A DNA stretch of 64,000 nucleotides. Source: Hydrolagus affinis. Taxonomy: Eukaryota. Below are positions 58,997 to 64,000 of this stretch, one piece after another (within the stretch, counting starts at the first letter, position 1; the number at the start of each line of letters is the position of its first letter). A model generated the notes under the pieces. That model was not told the origin of the DNA, did no database searches, and saw only the letters and a list, made by a program, of their open reading frames with translations. The stretch spans positions 1 to 64,000 of the forward strand of contig JAAILG010001144.1 of assembly GCA_012026655.1 (NCBI GenBank). The letters run 5' to 3'. The translations under genes were made by a program, and so were the position numbers.

Positions 58997-61900
58997 ACGG
59001 CTCCCAACCAAAATGCACAGCTGTGGGCAGCATCCTATTCAAGCACGGCGCTCTTTTTAAGCAAGGCCAATTGAATGCGCACTGCGTAATACAAATTAGT
59101 TAACTCCTTTATGCCACAGATATGCAATTATTTGGGACAATAACTACTGGCCTTCAATGGCAGGAAGGATGCACATATCATTTTGAAGAATGGATTCTCA
59201 GTCACAAGGAATCCACAACAAAAAGAATATTGAAAGAATGCCAGCATTACTGAAACTCCACAGAGATCTGCACATCTGTTTCTTTTCAAAGGGAGGGCAG
59301 TATAATCGGACTTTGAACCCGTTGCGCATAAAGTCTTATTATATTTATATTACTTTGCAGTAAAAATGGAAGGGAACGGGCTTTTTCCCCAGTGCATCCT
59401 ATTTAATTATTGCACACACGTGCCGCAAGTCCTCTGTATGATTATACATGAGGCAGCTGCAAACAGACACAATTCCAGGATTTTCTGACTAAACAGAGAA
59501 TTGGGTCAATGGCCCAGCAGTACTTGCTGTAACTCCTGCCTCCTAACTGGATGATCAAAGCTTTGAGAGCTGTGGCAACCTGTCAGGCTTGCCTTCCATT
59601 GTTCTCGCAGCAAAATTGAATTAATTATCTTCTCAGCCAGGCTTATAGATGATGCATCACTTGGGGAGTGGGGGAAGGGAGTTGGGGGGGATGGGGGAGG
59701 GGTTGGGGGGGGTGTGTGGATGGAGGTCTGAGGGAGCACACAATGTAGTTTGCTCAACACAAAATTGCACTGTGTTCCTATTCCCATTCTTACCTGAAAG
59801 CATTGTTAGCACCCTGCAGTATTTTGTTTCCATTGGGAAATACAGAGGCTGTACTTAAAATGATAAAACTATTTAATAATACCCAGAGTACCTGGAAGTA
59901 CCAAAGGTATCAATGATGGGATGCCTTTATTTTCTGGTTTCTATTGATTATCATTTGAAATGGTTGTTTCATCCCCTGTTTTTAGTATCTTTTCACAGAC
60001 TCGGATAATACTGCTCTATGTCTGACACTTATTTCTGAGTGGAACTTCTGTATAATATTTGACTTAAATCTCTGGACAAGAGCAATAGCTCTGCACATCT
60101 CCTTCCCACGCCTGTACCTTACCGTGTCTCAAGAATGAATATAGTGTATGAAAGGAACATGTCTCTGTAGCCTTATCTCATTCTGTGCTTCCAAAGCTGT
60201 TTAGTTGTGTTCTTACAATCTTTGTGTGCAGTAACACAAGCTGGAATCCGATTCCCAATGCAACAGATACTGATAATGCTCTTCCCCAGAGAATACATTA
60301 CAGGGGAAAACACAACGCCCTGCAAAAGGCAATGGTCCCCTCAGTAAATGATTCAATTCGGCTCAAATAGAAAAAAACTGTCTGCTACCCCCACACCACC
60401 CCCCATCCCTCCACCTTAACCTTAACTTTAGGAATGACCACATCTCATGGCTAAAGTTGCTTAATGTGCCACAGAATCACAGCGACACAGCTGAGAACTA
60501 CAGTGAAGGTCGAAGAGATCACTGTAAACTGTGCACCATATCATATCACCCTCCCCAGTTAGAGTCAGCCTTATCTTATCTCAACAGAATAAAATTACGT
60601 CAAAGAATAATTGTGCAGCAGTAGAATTTCTTATTCGCTGTAAATTTTGTAACAGAGGCATTATACTTTACTGTGATTTACTGTAGCCCAGACAAAATTT
60701 AAGCCTGGATTGTCTAGAGTAAGTGTATAATGTAATTTTGTGTTGTATAATTCCATCATTGCATAATATCTACAATTATTGTGTTGAGAAGCATTACAGG
60801 TTGTACGATAGCTTTTTGCATTGTAAGGTTTTTGATGGGTAGCTACAATGAAGCACTTTCATAGTACTGTAGATTTTTTTCTTTTGTAGTATTCTATTAA
60901 CTGAATCAAACCACTGGATGCCACAACAACAGTTCAGTATATATCAACGCAATTTCAATACAGCAAACACTGTGTATCATGTAATAATAATAATAATAAT
61001 CCTTGCATTTGAAATAGTGCTTTTCACGTCTTCTAGACGTCTCTCAGCACATGTTCAGCTCTCGTTTCCATCTTTTTTATTCCTGTCTTTCCAGTGGTGG
61101 GCAAAAAAGGCACAAGATAATCCGTGCGCTAACATGAATCACACTCCTCAACATTTTTGGAACTCCCAGCACCTGGTTTCCCAGCACATCAATCACATAC
61201 ACAACTTTACTCAAGTGCTTTTGTGAGATATATATTACTGTATGCACAAGTGACTCATGCAGGTTTTGTTAACAACGTTAGGATAAGAGATTAATTGGGT
61301 AAATAATGGCACAGGAACAGTACATGCGCTGATATGAGTCAGGTTGCAGCCTGTATACAATCCACTAAAGAATGAAGGAAAACAATAAACCTGCAGTGAA
61401 GCCCAGAATCAGGAAAAGTAATCAGTAACTGTCCAGCGCCTTGGGACGTCCTCCTGATGTGAAAGGCGCTATACAAATGTCATTTTGTTGTTGTTGAGGA
61501 TAGGTCACTTAGCAAAGCAAACTTGTTCCCAACCACACACCGTGCACGATTAATCCATTCATACTCCCCACCCAGTTAGTTTTATTTCTGGAGAATTTCT
61601 CCCGATTTCCCCACCACTCCTTCACCTCCATGATCATCAAGCAAAACTCCACATTATTTTTATTCCCCACCCAATTTCCTCTCCTCAACTTTCCCAATCT
61701 GAAGGCCGTGACTCATGTCGGCCTACATTCCTGATAAAATTGGTCATTCACTTCATGGCTGTTTGAGGGACTTTGCTGTATGCAAGATGGATGCCACATT
61801 TGCATTTTTTTGACTACACTTTATGGAAATCCTGTTTTACAGCGATCTGCACATAACTAAGAAATTTGGAAATGTTACTAAACACTCCCTTTATTTCAAA

Positions 61901-63654
61901 TGGATTTTCATTGATCTCTGGCAATTTTTCTCTGCAGTTTTTAAATCGTGGAGCTCTGGGTCTAAACCCACTCACATAGCCTTGTGTAGCCAGGTTATTT
62001 ATTTGTATGATGTCTCTCATGATTTATACATTTAGAGACTTTTTTTATCTACTGTTTGAATTGCATGGATTATCATGACTCTCTGTGTATCCTGTGTTTG
62101 ATTTGTTTGTTGCACCTTGATACAGCAGACACTTGCGCTTTTGAGAACTGTACGGAGACAGTCTTGAACTTTGGAATAGTGGAGGTTACTCGGCCAGTTT
62201 TACGAGTTAATGAATCAGAGTTGAATGAAACCAGGAAATGCTTGGCAGGTTGATAAGCATCCAGATAGGTCAATGATCGGGGTGTGGCCCCCATAAAGTC
62301 GGCTGAAGAGACACACCCAAAATGTAAACCAGCGTTAGTCATTCTCACCAAGGGCACTTCTCCCACGTTCTTCTTTTTTTTACCAATTCAGGTTTGAAGC
62401 ACTTTTATCCCATTGCTCATTTAAACATGTCAAAGCGTGCGAGGCATTCAGAACAAAGGGATATTTTCTCGGTTTCTCTGCTAATTAAAGGAGCAACAAG
62501 CAAGGTACTTTGCACAAGAGGGCGTGTGCCCTGAAAATGTGAGTGATGGTTCCAATCCGTCAGCCTACAGCTGAGCCTACAAAGCCTACGAAAGCTCAAT
62601 GGAACCTCATTCCTTTAAAGGGCAAAGAGGAAGTTGAAATGTCTAGCATTTGCTGAATATTGCTGAACGTAATATCCTTTTGTTTTTATTCTTTTCAAAT
62701 GTCAGATTTTTTTAAAAAACTGAGGTTTTTGATTTTTTTTTTAAAAACTGAGTGCTCATGTTGGGGGTAACTGACAGGTGGTAATAAGGAAGATGATTAG
62801 AGGACTGAATCATCATTCATATTAGAATAGTCATAAACCTGGGTATGATTCAGAATCACTGTGTGCGCCAATTCATTAACACATAAAATGAGCCAAGTAA
62901 CCTTTACACATCTCTTCCCCCAATGATCTCACAAGCAATTTTTAACATCAGTATTTTGGGAGTGGAAAAAATAATGAGACACTGATCTATGTAGGGAGCT
63001 GATCTGTATTGTGCTGGGGATATATGAGTAGGATTTTTTTTTTAAATGACTCGTTATTACCTAATGTGCGGAAAGATACTGTTTAATATTGAAAAGAATG
63101 CTATGTGAAATACTCCTTAGTACTGTACATGTGGTAATGAGATTGTTGATCACAAAATAAAATTGTCAGGGAAAGAGTCAGAGAAATAATAATAGCCCTT
63201 GCATTTGACATAGTGCGTTTGAAGTCATGAAGGCGTCTCAAAGCGTTTCACGGGATTCACTGTGCAGTGGAGTGACTGTGTATTTGTTGGCAAACAAGGC
63301 AGCTAATTGGAGGATGCCTGGTTTCCCTGGAGAGACCAGGCATTCTCTGGAGACATGGTTTTGTGTTGCCTCATCCGATAACTTTTTCTACAAGTGACCT
63401 TCCTACTCTTATCTGCAAATCAATTGGAACTGTTGTACAGTATGTAAAGGGTCACTAGAGGGTGCTCTAAGCACAGGAGAAAAAATCACAGACCTACCAT
63501 ACTGTAAGGTATACAGTATTCAGTGACACTGATATAACACAATATACAGGAGTAACAAAAAAGACTGTTCGGGAATATAAATTATTATACACTGTGCTGG
63601 GGATAGTCAATTGGGAACACATTTTCTATTCAATACACATAATTTAATTATACA

Positions 63655-63742
63655 AAAACAGAAATCGCTGGGAACGCTCAGCATCTACGGAGAAAGGAAA
63701 AATTAGTAAACGTTTTGGGTCCACGAGCCTTCATCAGAACAT
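63655..63742 (-). mobile_element. Penelope-like element terminal repeat relic with degenerate hammerhead motif
   Basis: On -: CTGATGAAGGCTCGTGGACCCAAAACGTTT...TCTCCGTAGATGCTGAGCGTTCCCAGCGATTTCTGT. Confidence 0.55.
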
Positions 63743-64000
63743 TTGTCCTGAAATTGGATGTTGATTAAATTGGTTGGGGAACTTGTGACTACATTGGTCA
63801 GTCTTTATGTTCTATAAATTAAGGCTGTACTGTCCTATCTTGGCTTTTGTTTTTTCACCAGAATAGCACAGAAAAAAGAGCTTTCGTTTTGGCTGTTGTT
63901 CACTCAAGTTCAAAACAGACTTTTGCCTGAGTTAGAAATATTTTACAATACAGTCCATTAACTATAATAACAATAATAATCCTTGCATTTTATATTGCGC

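Noticed and set aside
62056-62253. Plus-strand ORF with three N-glycosylation sequons as a secreted-protein exon
   Set aside because: The donor is weak, no partner exons were found, and it overlaps the better-delimited minus-strand candidate. It is unsupported without a search.
63314-63343. Small inverted repeat ATGCCTGGT...ACCAGGCAT
   Set aside because: A 9-bp arm beside a SINE is within chance expectation for 64 kb.

Overview
This is AT-rich vertebrate genomic DNA with spliced genes. The tRNA/Deu-domain SINEs with L2-type tails plus CR1 relics suggest a cartilaginous fish, probably a chimaera (inference). Two genes lie tail to tail. TOLLIP is on +, with coding exons 2-6 at 1853-10291 and exon 1 outside the window. 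PPP6R3 (PP6 regulatory subunit SAPS3) is on - and appears complete, with 23 core coding exons plus an 18-nt microexon at 44601->18307 (about 927 aa), two probable 5'UTR exons, and a CpG-island promoter at about 52.3-53.1 kb. A 100-N assembly gap lies between the genes. The rest is SINE, L2 and CR1 debris plus one intact pogo/Tigger-type non-autonomous DNA transposon. The most interesting signals are in splicing: a candidate 21-nt TOLLIP microexon encoding a LIR/YxxL-like motif, a PPP6R3 microexon with UGC and 3x UGCAUG signatures, candidate micro/poison/alternative terminal exons in the PPP6R3 C-terminal region, a GC-AG intron with a NAGNAG acceptor, and an in-frame upstream ATG that could extend PPP6R3 by 52 aa. 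An unrecognised chain of exon-like segments lies at 58.4-62.3 kb. Nothing here is established as a new biological system; these are testable candidates.
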